From Camelus dromedarius (lineage: Eukaryota), in assembly GCF_036321535.1 (NCBI RefSeq), contig NC_087436.1, positions 77,812,001-77,876,000 on the forward strand: a stretch of DNA of 64,000 nucleotides, read 5' to 3'. The notes under the pieces were generated by a model. It did no database searches. It was not told the origin of the DNA and was given only the letters and a program-made list of their open reading frames with translations. Made by a program: the position numbers and the translations under genes. Below are positions 1 to 10,380 of this stretch, piece after piece (the stretch's first letter is position 1; every line of letters starts with the position of its first letter).

Positions 1-17
1 GTCTTGTATTTCCATAG

Positions 18-69
18 CCTTCAAAAACAAATGGTGACAACTTACCAATTCCTTGCTGAAGATACATAT
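18..69 (+). CDS. Candidate internal coding exon, chain 1 (LQKQMVTTYQFLAEDTY); gene continues upstream of the window
   Basis: Acceptor tcttgtatttccatAG (16-17) and donor TAT|GTAAGC. 52 nt, only one frame open, ends in phase 0. Confidence 0.45.
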
Positions 70-1462
70 GTAAGCACATGTGATTTTCTCACCTACATTA
101 ATCATCAAATCTAGTTAGTAAGAGGAGATTCTTCTGGGCTTGTGAGAGAGGGAAGTGAAGTTCTGTAATTTCAAGAAAGGAATGTAAAGCAAAACAGTTG
201 TGATGGAGGAATGGAAAGAGTAAATAAAAACTTAAAACACTGAGGAAAATTCTTTAAGCCTCCTCCCAAATTATAACTTTTTAATAAACTGTAAGTTTAT
301 AAGAAAAAACTGAACATAGCAATTTCCAGACATCATGCCCATGCAGTTCTTCAGGAGTCAAGGAAAGGCAGATTCTCAGACCCTTTTAAGAGTACTTCTG
401 GATTTCAAACCCTTTCCTCAGGAAATATTTCAAGTGTTGTTGGTGGAGGAATGTTTTATTGGGTAGAGAAAGAACATGGAGGCATATTTAGGAAATAATC
501 TAAATCTAGAATGGGGTGATATTGGTGAGAAGCTTGAGACAAACTTGATAAGACCTAGCCCTTAATTCTAGCCCAGCTTCTGCTGGGTGTGGGCTCTTTC
601 TTACCTTCTTACCTTCCCTCTGCAGTCGCTGGTTCAGCCACCAAAAAGAAGTGGAGCTGGAAGATCTCTTAAGCTCCTTTTTCTCAGACTTGTTTCAAAA
701 GAATCTGAGTTTGGTAGCCCATATCCCAAAACTGCCTTTGAAAAAAATCACAATTTATATGTTTGACTCAAGCAGGATGCTAAACAGTACATGCCTGTAT
801 GTATTTGATCCAAAAAACCAATTTGACTGATTTCCTCTCTGATCACATATTGGCCAGATATTTCCCCAAACTGACTAAAACCTGTCTGTTGTTTAGTAAG
901 TCACGTGGACACAGATTAGGGGAAGTCATCTTTGAGGGGAAGATGGCTTTAGTAAATTAGCACCTAAACAGGGATCAACAATATTCTTTTTCCTCCTAAT
1001 ATTACTGGTTTAATGACATTATTTAATTTTGACTAAACTATAAAGTAAAGGGTGTGGTGGTTTTTAATAATATGGATATTCAAAGCCAGCTTGGAATGTT
1101 ATTATTACATGATCTGTGCTCAATGAAGGAAATCGGTGTACCTGAATAGGATGGTCTATATCCTAGAGCTAATAGTAGAATTGATTTAGGGAGCTTCTGA
1201 ATTGTTAATGAGATTTTCTGACACGACAATAACAGTAGCAGTCGGGCCCCCCAGGCTGGTTTTAAACATCTGCTGTCACTGCTAAATTTATTGTTCATTT
1301 CATCTTAAAATAGGAATTATGTAGCACTCAGCTATTCCAGATATAGATCTACCACTCCTAAATGATCAGTACTGAGAGGACTATTCCATAGATTAAAAAC
1401 ATTTATATTTAACTATTCAATAAATAGATTTCAGGCTTAAGATAAATCTCAAAGATAGACCC

Positions 1463-1832
1463 TACTATGGACTGAATTCTGTCCCTCAAAAATTTGTATG
1501 TTGAAACTAACCCTCAATGATACTGCATTTGGAGACAGGACTTTTACTGAAAAAAATTAAGCTTAAGTAAGGTCATAAGGGTTGGGCCCTGATTTCATAG
1601 GATTAGTGTCCTTAGAAGAAGAGGAAGAGAGACAAGACCTCTCTTTCTCTGCTATGTGAAGACATAGCGAGAAGGCAGTTATCTGTTAGCCAGGGAGAGG
1701 AATCACCCAGAGCTGAATCAGCCTGCACCTTGATCTTGGACTTCTAGCCTCCAAAACAGTGAGAAATAGATTTCTATTGTTTTAAGCCCCCTAGTCTCTG
1801 GTATTTTGTGATGGCAGCCTGTGCTGACTAAC
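1463..1832 (+). mobile_element. MaLR solo LTR (MLT1A/B-like)
   Basis: Typical motifs tatggactgaat...gtccc..aaaatt..tatgttgaa; ttgatcttggacttctagcctcc; ggtattttgtgatggcagcc...gactaa. Confidence 0.85.
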
Positions 1833-1962
1833 GTGGACACTATCATGGGTGAAGGAAATCACTGTTTTTAAGTTAGGGTAAGGGCAGAAACTTCATTAAA
1901 TAAGAGATAAACGTGTTTTTTGGTGTCTTCTCGCCATTACTGCTCACTTGTTTGTTTTTCAG

Positions 1963-2020
1963 AAGTGGGGTTCCCCAACATGGTCCCAGAATAGATTATT
2001 CAGTGAAGGGCAAGAAGCTA
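1963..2020 (+). CDS. Candidate coding exon, chain 1 (KWGSPTWSQNRLFSEGQEA, or SGVPQHGPRIDYSVK if a GC donor at 2010 is used)
   Basis: Good acceptor cttgtttgtttttcAG (1961-62). Donor ambiguous (CTA|GTGTGT at 2021 or AGG|GCAAGA at 2010); both models end in phase 1, as the next exon requires. Confidence 0.35.
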
Positions 2021-2198
2021 GTGTGTACCTGATATATAAGCCTTTACAAAATCTCCTATATTTTCAGAAGCCCAACCAGAGCCTCTGACCCCTAGATTAG
2101 CAGATGAATTTATGTCTCTTCTTTACATCGTCCAGTGGCTCCTGTCCTTGCTTCCTTGACTTGGCTGGAATTACTATCTCTTTCTGATTTTCCTGCAG

Positions 2199-2264
2199 GA
2201 CCTGTTGAAGAGCTAAGTGTATTAGAAATTTACAGATCTCATGAGATTGGTAAAGATAGGAAAA
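2199..2264 (+). CDS. Candidate coding exon, chain 1 (xPVEELSVLEIYRSHEIGKDRK)
   Basis: Acceptor tttctgattttcctgcAG and donor AAA|GTAAGT (an alternative donor at 2250 has the same phase). Only one frame open, phase 1 to phase 1. Confidence 0.5.
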
Positions 2265-2299
2265 GTAAGTCCATGTGAACACTGCTGCTGTTTGAGCCG

Positions 2300-2307
2300 T
2301 GACGTCA
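2300..2307. promoter_or_regulatory. Full palindromic CRE (TGACGTCA)
   Basis: Exact motif with an intact CpG; function untested. Confidence 0.3.
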
Positions 2308-2506
2308 AATTCATTTTTATCTGCCCAAGTGGGAGTACAATAAAAATGTTCTAGAAAAAAAATCGTGTTTGTTTCTTCTCGTAGGAGTCATAGCAGACAA
2401 AATAGCAGGGTGAGAGCTGAAAGAGTCATGGCAGGATGGCAGAGAGAAATAGATTAGGTAACAAGCATATGCTGTGAATAAGCTTTCTGCAGCCCACGCT
2501 ACGCAA

Positions 2507-2525
2507 CGCGCCCTCTGGGGCACAG
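2507..2525 (-). promoter_or_regulatory. CTCF-like motif in a local CpG cluster
   Basis: Minus strand reads TGTGCCCCAGAGGGCGCGT, similar to the CTCF core CCACCAGGGGGCGC. Confidence 0.35.
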
Positions 2526-2849
2526 AGCAGTAGAATCTGACGCTGCACGTGGTTGGTGTAAGATGATGTCATGAAACAACACAGCACAGAATCAGTCAAC
2601 TTGTATTTATATAACCCTAACTATGCTCAAGGCATCATGCTTGATGCTATGGTATGTACCCAATTTTTCTACATGCAAGGAAAGAATAGGCTAGTTGTGG
2701 AGAGAATCTACACGTAGACATACATATCAGCCATAAAAAATAACAGTAAACTGACTGGAAATTTGACAAAATTACATGGGGACAATAATTCTTACCTCAT
2801 GGACTTTGGGGGACTGGGGAGTGAGGATTAAATGGAAAGCAAAATACTT

Positions 2850-3070
2850 AAGAGCTCCAGACAATCTTGGGTTTGATTCCTTGCTCTGCTGCTTATGAGA
2901 TACTCTGAGGCAGGGAATCTACATTTTATTAAGCTTTGATTTCCCCATCTTGTAAGAAGGGATAATAATAGTAGCTTCCCATGATTGTTGTCAGATGACC
3001 TGTACAAAAGTGTTTAACACAGCACCTGACAGTTAGTCAGCACTCAATAAATGTTAGTTAAGTCATTATA
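2850..3070 (+). mobile_element. MIR SINE remnant
   Basis: gggtttgattccttgctctgc...tttccccatcttgtaagaagggataataatagta...acagcacctgac...ctcaataaatgttag. Confidence 0.7.
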
Positions 3071-3389
3071 GGCATTTGAAGTGCCCAGCACAAGGCCTTA
3101 TTTATGTAGCTGTTTAACAAATATTATGTCCTATTCTTTTTTTCTTAAGTGTCAAAAGAAGATTAACAGGGAATGACATGCACGACAAATGTGTAACTAG
3201 AAGTAAGCGAACAAGAGGAGAACAAAGGAATGGGGCTATAGTCTTATCTAATCTGAGCTACAGACAGGCTTACCCAAAGCCGAATAGCACTAGAGGAGTG
3301 GTCCCCAAAGAACACCACTCAGGAGCCCTGAGGGGTCTGATGTAATCAAACCCACAAGGAACTCCTGCAGGCAGGAACTTCAGAAGCGA

Positions 3390-4096
3390 TCTCACCATCG
3401 TCACGGCCACCACCAGGTCCAGGCCACCTCATCTTGCTCTGGATCACTGGAGCAGCCTCCTGACTGCTTTCTCAGCCTCAATCCTTGCCCTCTTAAACTC
3501 TATCCCCATGGAGCCAGAGCCATTCTTTCAAAATGTAGATCAGATCATGACATTGATATGGTGGCTTCCAATTTCACTCACAGTAAGAGCTCAAATCCTT
3601 GTAACGTCCTATGGGGCACTCAAGATCAGCTTCCCCTCTCCGCACCCCTTGTCTTCTGGCTCTTGACCTCATCTTCTCCCCAGGCTTCTCTGGGCCAGCT
3701 GCAGTAGCCTCCACTGAACACACCAACTAACTCTTTGCCTTCTGGCCTTTGCACTGGCTGTTCCCGCTACCTGGATCTATTGTCCCCCAAATACTCCCTC
3801 TTGCTCAAACTCCACTTTGCAGTGATGCTTATCTTTCTTAAAATTGCACCCTAGCTCCCATTCCCCCCAGCACTATTGGCTTCCCTCATCCTGCTCTACT
3901 TTCTACTTTTCCATAGCAGTTATCAACTATTTAATTTACTAATTTATTGTGGTTATTGTTCATTTTGTTTTCCCCCAGTAGAATGGAACCTTCTGCATTC
4001 ACAAGGATGTGTGTCTGTTTTGTTAACTGTTTGTTCATAAATCTAAAAGCATGTCTGGCAAGTGAGTGTCCAAAATTTATTTACTGAATGAATGAC
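3390..4096 (+). mobile_element. L2 LINE 3' end
   Basis: cagcctcctgactg...aaaatgtagatcagatcatg...ggcctttgcactggctgttccc...tttactgaatgaatga L2 tail. Confidence 0.8.
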
Positions 4097-4100
4097 TAGT

Positions 4101-4180
4101 TAATATATTACTAATATAAATATATGAATATATATTATAAATATATAAAATATTCATATATTTATATTAGCAATGTATTA
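4101..4180. repeat. AT-rich inverted repeat (31-bp arms, 18-nt spacer)
   Basis: 4101-4131 is the reverse complement of 4150-4180 with 2 mismatches. Confidence 0.85.
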
Positions 4181-4253
4181 CTAATAAGTCTACCATGCCT
4201 GCTACCTCTAATTCTAACGTAGTATTTCAAGTTACTAATAATATTAATAATTA

Positions 4254-4281
4254 GTGCTCACTTCAGCAACACAGGTACTAA
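4254..4281 (+). pseudogene. RNU6 (fragment): 3'-truncated (tailless) U6 snRNA retrocopy
   Basis: GTGCTCACTTCAGCAACACAGGTACTAA versus U6 5' end GTGCTCGCTTCGGCAGCACATATACTAA (23/28), flanked by a 21-bp direct repeat at 4233-4253 and 4276-4296. Confidence 0.7.
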
Positions 4282-4956
4282 TAATATTAGTAATTACTAA
4301 AATTACTAATAACATAGAATTACTAGTAATTCTGATATGTTACTAATGTAACACATACAGGTAAGGATTTGAGGTATCATAGCCCCTTTGTATCATGGCA
4401 AGAGAGAATCAATCCTTGGAAGGACTGGCTAGCGCACTTAGAGGTATCAGTAAATGGAAGCAAAGAAAGGGAAAAGGATCTTCCTGGTCTTCTCTATGGA
4501 GACACCAATGAAGCCCTTTTGTGGTGTAGTGTTATATCTTAATTGTCAGACTGAGGCTTTGAATAGGATTTTTAGGTAGAGGACTTAAATCAGGATCATC
4601 TAGCAAGTCTTTAAAAAATAAATCCATTGATCTGACAGATTATGTGATGGATCATTAATGTCTGGATGTAAACTTTCCAGAAATTTAGCAGCACATGCAC
4701 ACAGAAATGTAGCATTTACTGAGCTTACCAAGAAGCATAGCTCACAGAGTCCAGATATCCATCATCGTCATATGTGTCAATAAGATCCAAGGACTGCCTC
4801 TGACCCCATGTGCCTGTCTTGTCCCTCCTACTAAGATAATTTCTTTCCTTTTGTACTTCCCCCACCTTCACCCCCACCCCCACCCCCAATCTGGATGGTG
4901 GGGACATGCATCCCCTTCATACTGAAGCAGCAAAGTCTTCCTCACTTCTTCCCCAG

Positions 4957-5020
4957 ACACATTGCTTACTGTGTTCAACTTCTACCAAGAGTTTGGAATA
5001 TATATATTCTTTGTACAAAG
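4957..5020 (+). CDS. Candidate coding exon, chain 1 (xTLLTVFNFYQEFGIYIFFVQ), with GC donor
   Basis: Acceptor cttcctcacttcttccccAG and donor AAG|GCAAGG. 64 nt, phase 1 to phase 2, bridging the flanking exons in frame. Confidence 0.5.
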
Positions 5021-5177
5021 GCAAGGTTCTGTTCTCAACAATTTGTTTCAATGGGCCACAGGGGAAAATGGGTGTTTTTTCACATAATTAGATGTGAAAT
5101 ATGGATTTTTCTTTTGCCAGGTTACTGAGTAACATTTTTTGCTCTCTTTCTCTCTTCTTTGTGTTTTCTTTTTTTAG

Positions 5178-5250
5178 ACCTCTTGTGGTCACCCAAAATC
5201 TCAGGGGCAAAACAAAACGTCTAAAACTTGGCAATGGAATCTACTTGTAG
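5178..5250 (+). CDS. Candidate terminal coding exon, chain 1 (RPLVVTQNLRGKTKRLKLGNGIYL*)
   Basis: Long polypyrimidine tract ending tttttAG (5176-77), TAG at 5248-5250, AATAAA at 5287-5292. Confidence 0.5.
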
Positions 5251-5286
5251 GAAAACTTTTCTAAATTCTAATATATACATATATCA

Positions 5287-5292
5287 AATAAA
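5287..5292 (+). terminator. Poly(A) signal of chain 1
   Basis: AATAAA 36 nt after the predicted stop, followed by T-rich sequence. Confidence 0.4.
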
Positions 5293-6429
5293 ACACTAAA
5301 TCCCATTCCATTTTCTTCATCTCTTTATTTAAACATAGGAAATGAATGCATTTTCTTTACTACACTCTGAACTAAGTGCTACATGAATGCAAATTGGAGA
5401 GGCTTGTTTTCTAATAGTAGAAATCATGTCTGAAAAAAGAAAAGCTTGAAAGAAAGTTCTGAATGGAAAACAACCACAAAGCACTTCAAACTCTCTTAAG
5501 GGGGTAGTGACTTCTCTGCTTAAAAGTCTTACGTTAACATAGAGGATAGCTTATTGAGAAGGACTTTCCATTAGTTTCAGTAGCTATTTAGTGGCTATGA
5601 GCATTAGGACCTTGTTTTGTTATTCCAGAATGACGTTGCAGCATTGTCCAGAATCGAGGTGAAGGCGAGCAACATTAGGTTGGGCAATAAGGGTTATTGC
5701 CCATTCCTTTTAGCAGAAACCATCTATAAGGATCAAGAGAGTCGCAAAATCATCTTAAAAGATGTTTTTAATTAGATAGGGTATAAATAATAAATAATTT
5801 CTGCTATCAAAAACACCAGGCAAGATGGCTAGCCATGGAGTGAAACACCAGGCTACGGGCAGAACTAGTGAGAAGGAAGTCAGGAAGGGGTTAGATAGAA
5901 ATGCTGCCTCTTTCGATCACTGAGAATGGGCTGTGGGGCACGCTCACATCTTCTCTATGAAATGGCCATCAACCACTGTGTGAAATGGCTAAATCACCTG
6001 GTAAAGGCTTGCAGTCCCACGTGGTATCAGGGGGTCCCATATATAACCACGTGACTCCAGCTGATGAAGAGTTTTGGGCCCCCTGATTCTCTGGCTGTGT
6101 CCCGAGGTGCAGATAGGGGTCCCCAAAAGGAATGAACTTTCAACAGGTGAAAGAACAGATCATCCCCTACTGAGGGGCACACACAGCAGCAGTCTTCTAA
6201 GGCCCACTGGTGTTTGAAACACAGAATCTTAAGTTTGTTCCTATGAGCTTTATGGATTTTTCAAACTCTAATAGTGGACTGGATCTAATTGCAGATCTTT
6301 TTTTATTGGCTCTAGAGTGGAAGGAAATGATGCATTTCTTCCAGGCTTGGTCTGAGAAAACTTCTTTGAATAAGAGAGGAGGTAAGGTTTTCATTTTACC
6401 TTGAGAGTAATCTCGGCTAATTTGTTTAC

Positions 6430-6527
6430 TTTTTTTTAATTGAAGTACAGTCAGTTTAAAATGCTCTGTCAGTTTCTAGTGTACAGCATAATGTTTTAGC
6501 CTTACATACACAGATACGCGTTCTCAT
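6430..6527 (-). mobile_element. L1 3' tip fragment
   Basis: Poly-T followed by aattgaagtacagtcagttt...gtttctagtgtacagc, shared with other L1 ends in this window. Confidence 0.75.
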
Positions 6528-9500
6528 AACTTGCTTATTTTTAAAGGGCTCTGTCAGAGCATGGCTCTGCCTCGTTCACATCGCACTGCCCTGTATGGTT
6601 TCTCATACTTGCTTTCAGGCCTGGGGTGGGAGGAAATGAGAATCAACCCCGTTGTTTCACTCTCACGTCCCCCCAAATGCTGGAAGATATTGACATGTGG
6701 CCCCAGCACTAACAAATAATAGCTAAAATATGCCTCTGCTACCAAGAATAGTATTGCCACATGGCGGGCATAGGAGGAACACGCCAAGGATTCATTCTTA
6801 TATTTTGTAATTAAACCTTCTTTTTGAGAAAGAAATCTTAAAGGTGAAGGGGGCCTTGGTGGAGAGGGTTGAGATTGAAGGTTTTGTTTGCCCTGCTTGC
6901 TCTAAAAATCTTCATTAACTTAAGCCGTCTTTAGATCTAACCCTATAGCTACCTCAAACACTATGACATTTTGTTATAATGCGGGCCAGAAACAAGTCTC
7001 TGGTATGTGCTTTGGTTCCAGTAATAAACATTATCTCTGGAAAGAGGAGATATGAATGGCAGGCAGGCTGTCATCATCACTGGCAGAGTCTACATTACAT
7101 CCAAAATCCTCACTGGGATAGTGAGCAAAGTCTATTCTGATATAGCTTGCCTTCATGCTTGGACTCAGAGTTCTTAATTTCACCCTTAGTATGAGGCAGA
7201 TAAGCAGTCACTGGACTATTCAGTTCATCACTGATGCCAACTGGACTTTAGTTAAAGAAAAAAAGATTCCCATCCAGGTAGATGGAGGCACTGTATCAGG
7301 CATCTGGGAGACTCAGGAGTGTTAAGCATAGCTTAAAAAATGGTATTTTGGATCTACAAACCCTAGAGTTGTTGCTGTGCCAAGTTCAAGTCTACAAAAC
7401 TCACACTACTTTTCACCTGCTTCAGTCCATCCTTCTTTGCTTTTAAGTAATGTCTAAATAAAGGCTCAGGGAGAGTAATGTAAACTCTGCTCACACCATG
7501 AACCTGATCTTGCTGGCTGGACTTCCATTCCTAGAACCCTTTCTGCCTGTACAATTCATCGACACAGAATCCTGCAGTGCTGTCTCGCTTTATCATTTCA
7601 TTGTATCCTGTTTACCCATCACCTTCCTCAGTAAACCTGAGAACCTGTCAAATACGGAGCCAGACCTTGGACAATGTTAGTACTTTCCCCTCTCCTCACC
7701 ATCACCCCTCACACAGTGCCTTATCCTGTGTACATTTTCAGTGAATCACTTTGGAATAAATCACTTGGCTGGATAGGACTATATACCTTTATAGAGCAAA
7801 ATGCCTCAAGACAAATTGGTTCTGTGACACTAGAAGTTTATATTCTAGCCCCACAGGTAAATTTTTCATAAAAGAGTCCAACTCTAACAATCATTTCTCC
7901 TGAGAAGCAATTAGAAACCAAATCTAAATGGACAATACTGCCTTACTAATGAGCTAAAGAAAATAGTGATGTCTAAAAAATCATTTGATTTGGGAGTATT
8001 ACTGTTTTAGAATTGAGCTATTTCATTTTCTGCTTCTAACATTTTAAAGTTTATATCCTCACATTGAAAAGGGTTGATGAAATGTTTAATAAGTAAAGAC
8101 TAATTTTAAAAGAGTTTCGCTGGCTCAATTCTTTGTAAAAACAGGACTTTAAAAAATAATTGTTTTATGAAAGACTCTCTGAGACTATCCTTTGTACAAG
8201 GAAGCAATTTGCAAACTGACCTCAGACTACAACTCTCTGTATTCTTAGTCTAACGTGTGGTGCCAGGCTTAGGGACCAGTTGCCTGGAAAGGCTCGCATC
8301 ACTGCTGGAAAGTCATAGCAACACCTAGGTTCTGTTGGTCTAGAAGGCAAGCATCGCATTTTTCTTTCTTGCCCCACAAGTAAGTGAGTGTTCTGCCAAG
8401 GGATCAAGGATATTTCCTGAATAATGAGGAGAAGCAAGAGAGCATGTCTATTCCATGTTCTCTAGACATCCTGGCTACAGCTGTAAAGGCTCGCCTTCGC
8501 CAGAATGGCAGACTTCATTGCTGCTGTCATGTATACTCTGGCAGCCAGAAACTAAAACGATCTAATGACAGTAATTCTGCTGGTCTCTAGGGCAGGGCCC
8601 CAAGTTGCTAACAGCCTTCCAGACTTGAAGCGGTGAGTTAGCACAGAGCCACTACATTCTCATGATCAGCATTGTGAACTTGCTATAGTTCTCCCCACAT
8701 TTATAAACCTTGAAACCCGGAGTCCTGATCAGTACTCCACTCCCTCCACACACACACACCAGCCTCTTTCACTACCTACTCACACACCATGACCAGCATT
8801 TTCTTTTCTCTTTGGAACCAACAGAATCAAGCACACAGAGACTTGGGGTTGTCTTTTGAAGCAGATCTTCACTTTATGAAGAACATTATTAAAATGCATG
8901 GGTGCTATTTTGTGGCAGGTTGCCCCAGAGATCTTGGTTTTTGGTTGGTATGATTACGTCCAGCAAACACAACATTCAAACATTCCCAGTAAGTGTAAAA
9001 TTTCTACTAAAATCACTGATAGTAAACTCTCTGTCATTTCCCATATGAAAATCCTTCTGTTATAGAAAGCTTCACCAATTGACTGATACGCATTGATTAT
9101 TGGATGAAACGTCTTGTTGTGTCATATCACGTGATGTGAACTAGCGTCATTTGGGTTTATTCTATGTACTGGGTACTGTGCCAGCTGCCTTTGCATGTTA
9201 TTTCATTTAACCTTTCCAATAGTCCTGGGATTCACACATTACCCCAACTTTTGCCAATGAAAAATGAAGGCTACCAAGGTAATTCATAGTAATATGAATT
9301 CAAACTCAGGTTTTCTGAACTTAATCTCCAGAATTTTTTTAACTATGTCAGTGTGCCTCTCACTTATTTATTTAGCTTCCCAAGCTCTATAACAAAATAC
9401 CAGCTATTTCAAAGTTAAGAATCATTCAATAAAGGACCAGGGTCTCTAGACAGAAAAGAGAATGTATTTACTTCATCAGTTTAAATCCCAGTATGACCTC

Positions 9501-9679
9501 TTTGCTTGGAACCAAATTTAAATTGGAGTGTATTCAAGTCATATGCTTAAAATATAAAAATAATACAAGTGTTCATAATTTTTTCAAAATAAAAGAGTTA
9601 AACTGATAACTATTCTCACTATAAAACTAATGGGAAATGTCCTACTCGTTTCCTGTACTCACTTCATCATATTTCCCAG

Positions 9680-9740
9680 GGCTTTGATACCTGTCAGGAG
9701 AAAAGCACTTCCTTGTGTCCTGCACGAGCATCCAGCTCCT
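9680..9740 (+). CDS. Candidate coding exon, chain 2 (GFDTCQEKSTSLCPARASSS)
   Basis: Acceptor atatttcccAG and donor CCT|GTGAGT. 61 nt; a phase 0 to phase 1 reading fits the next exon, but another frame is also open. Confidence 0.35.
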
Positions 9741-10209
9741 GTGAGTACTCTCGGATCCACTATGACAGAGACCTGAGGTTGCTAAGAGAAACTGAAAGGA
9801 AGAAATTGCTTCCACTCCTTTTCCCTACAGCAAGCCCTAATCCCACTGACTCTGAAGAGCAGAGGTTACTTATTAAATCATTTGCTCTACCTGTCAGTTT
9901 TTAATCTCTCACTAATAAGAACAATGGACAAAGTTCATCAAGATTTATTGCCCTGCCCAAATGTTTAGTGAACAGGTCATGTGATGTTAGAGCCATCCAG
10001 AGTAGTCTGTTTCCATAGATAAAGATAATAAAAATTTACAAGCATGCACGTTTTTAGCAAAAGAAAATTGAGTTGCATCCTCGAGTCCAAACAAAAGCAC
10101 TTCTACGTAATTGAATAAAGTAATATCACAGTTAATTTTTTTGTTATAACTCATTGTTGTCTAAGTATCATCTTCTCTGAGTGATTTTATTGAAACCAAT
10201 CAGTGCATC

Positions 10210-10380
10210 TTTTTTTTTCAAATTGAAGTATAGTCGGTTTACAATGTTCTGTTAGTTTCTGGTGTACAGCAGAGTGATTCTGTTATATATATGTATATAT
10301 ATTCCTTTTCAAATTCTTTTCCATTATAGACTATTACAAGGTGTTGAATATAGTTCCCTGTGCTATAGGGACCTTGTTGT
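10210..10380 (-). mobile_element. L1 3' end fragment
   Basis: ttgaagtatagtcggtttacaatg...gaatatagttccctgtgctata. Confidence 0.85.

Noticed and set aside
626..712. Possible exon after ccttccctctgcAG
   Set aside because: Lies in a MIR-like remnant and the donor is weak.
2097..2282. Minus-strand ORF with a protein-like tail
   Set aside because: Antisense shadow of the exon at 2199-2264; no minus-strand gene structure found.
6058..6155. Hammerhead ribozyme core (CTGATGA ... GAAA)
   Set aside because: No stem II closing directly onto GAAA and no stem III/cleavage triplet. Other CTGATGA hits inspected on both strands also lacked the geometry.
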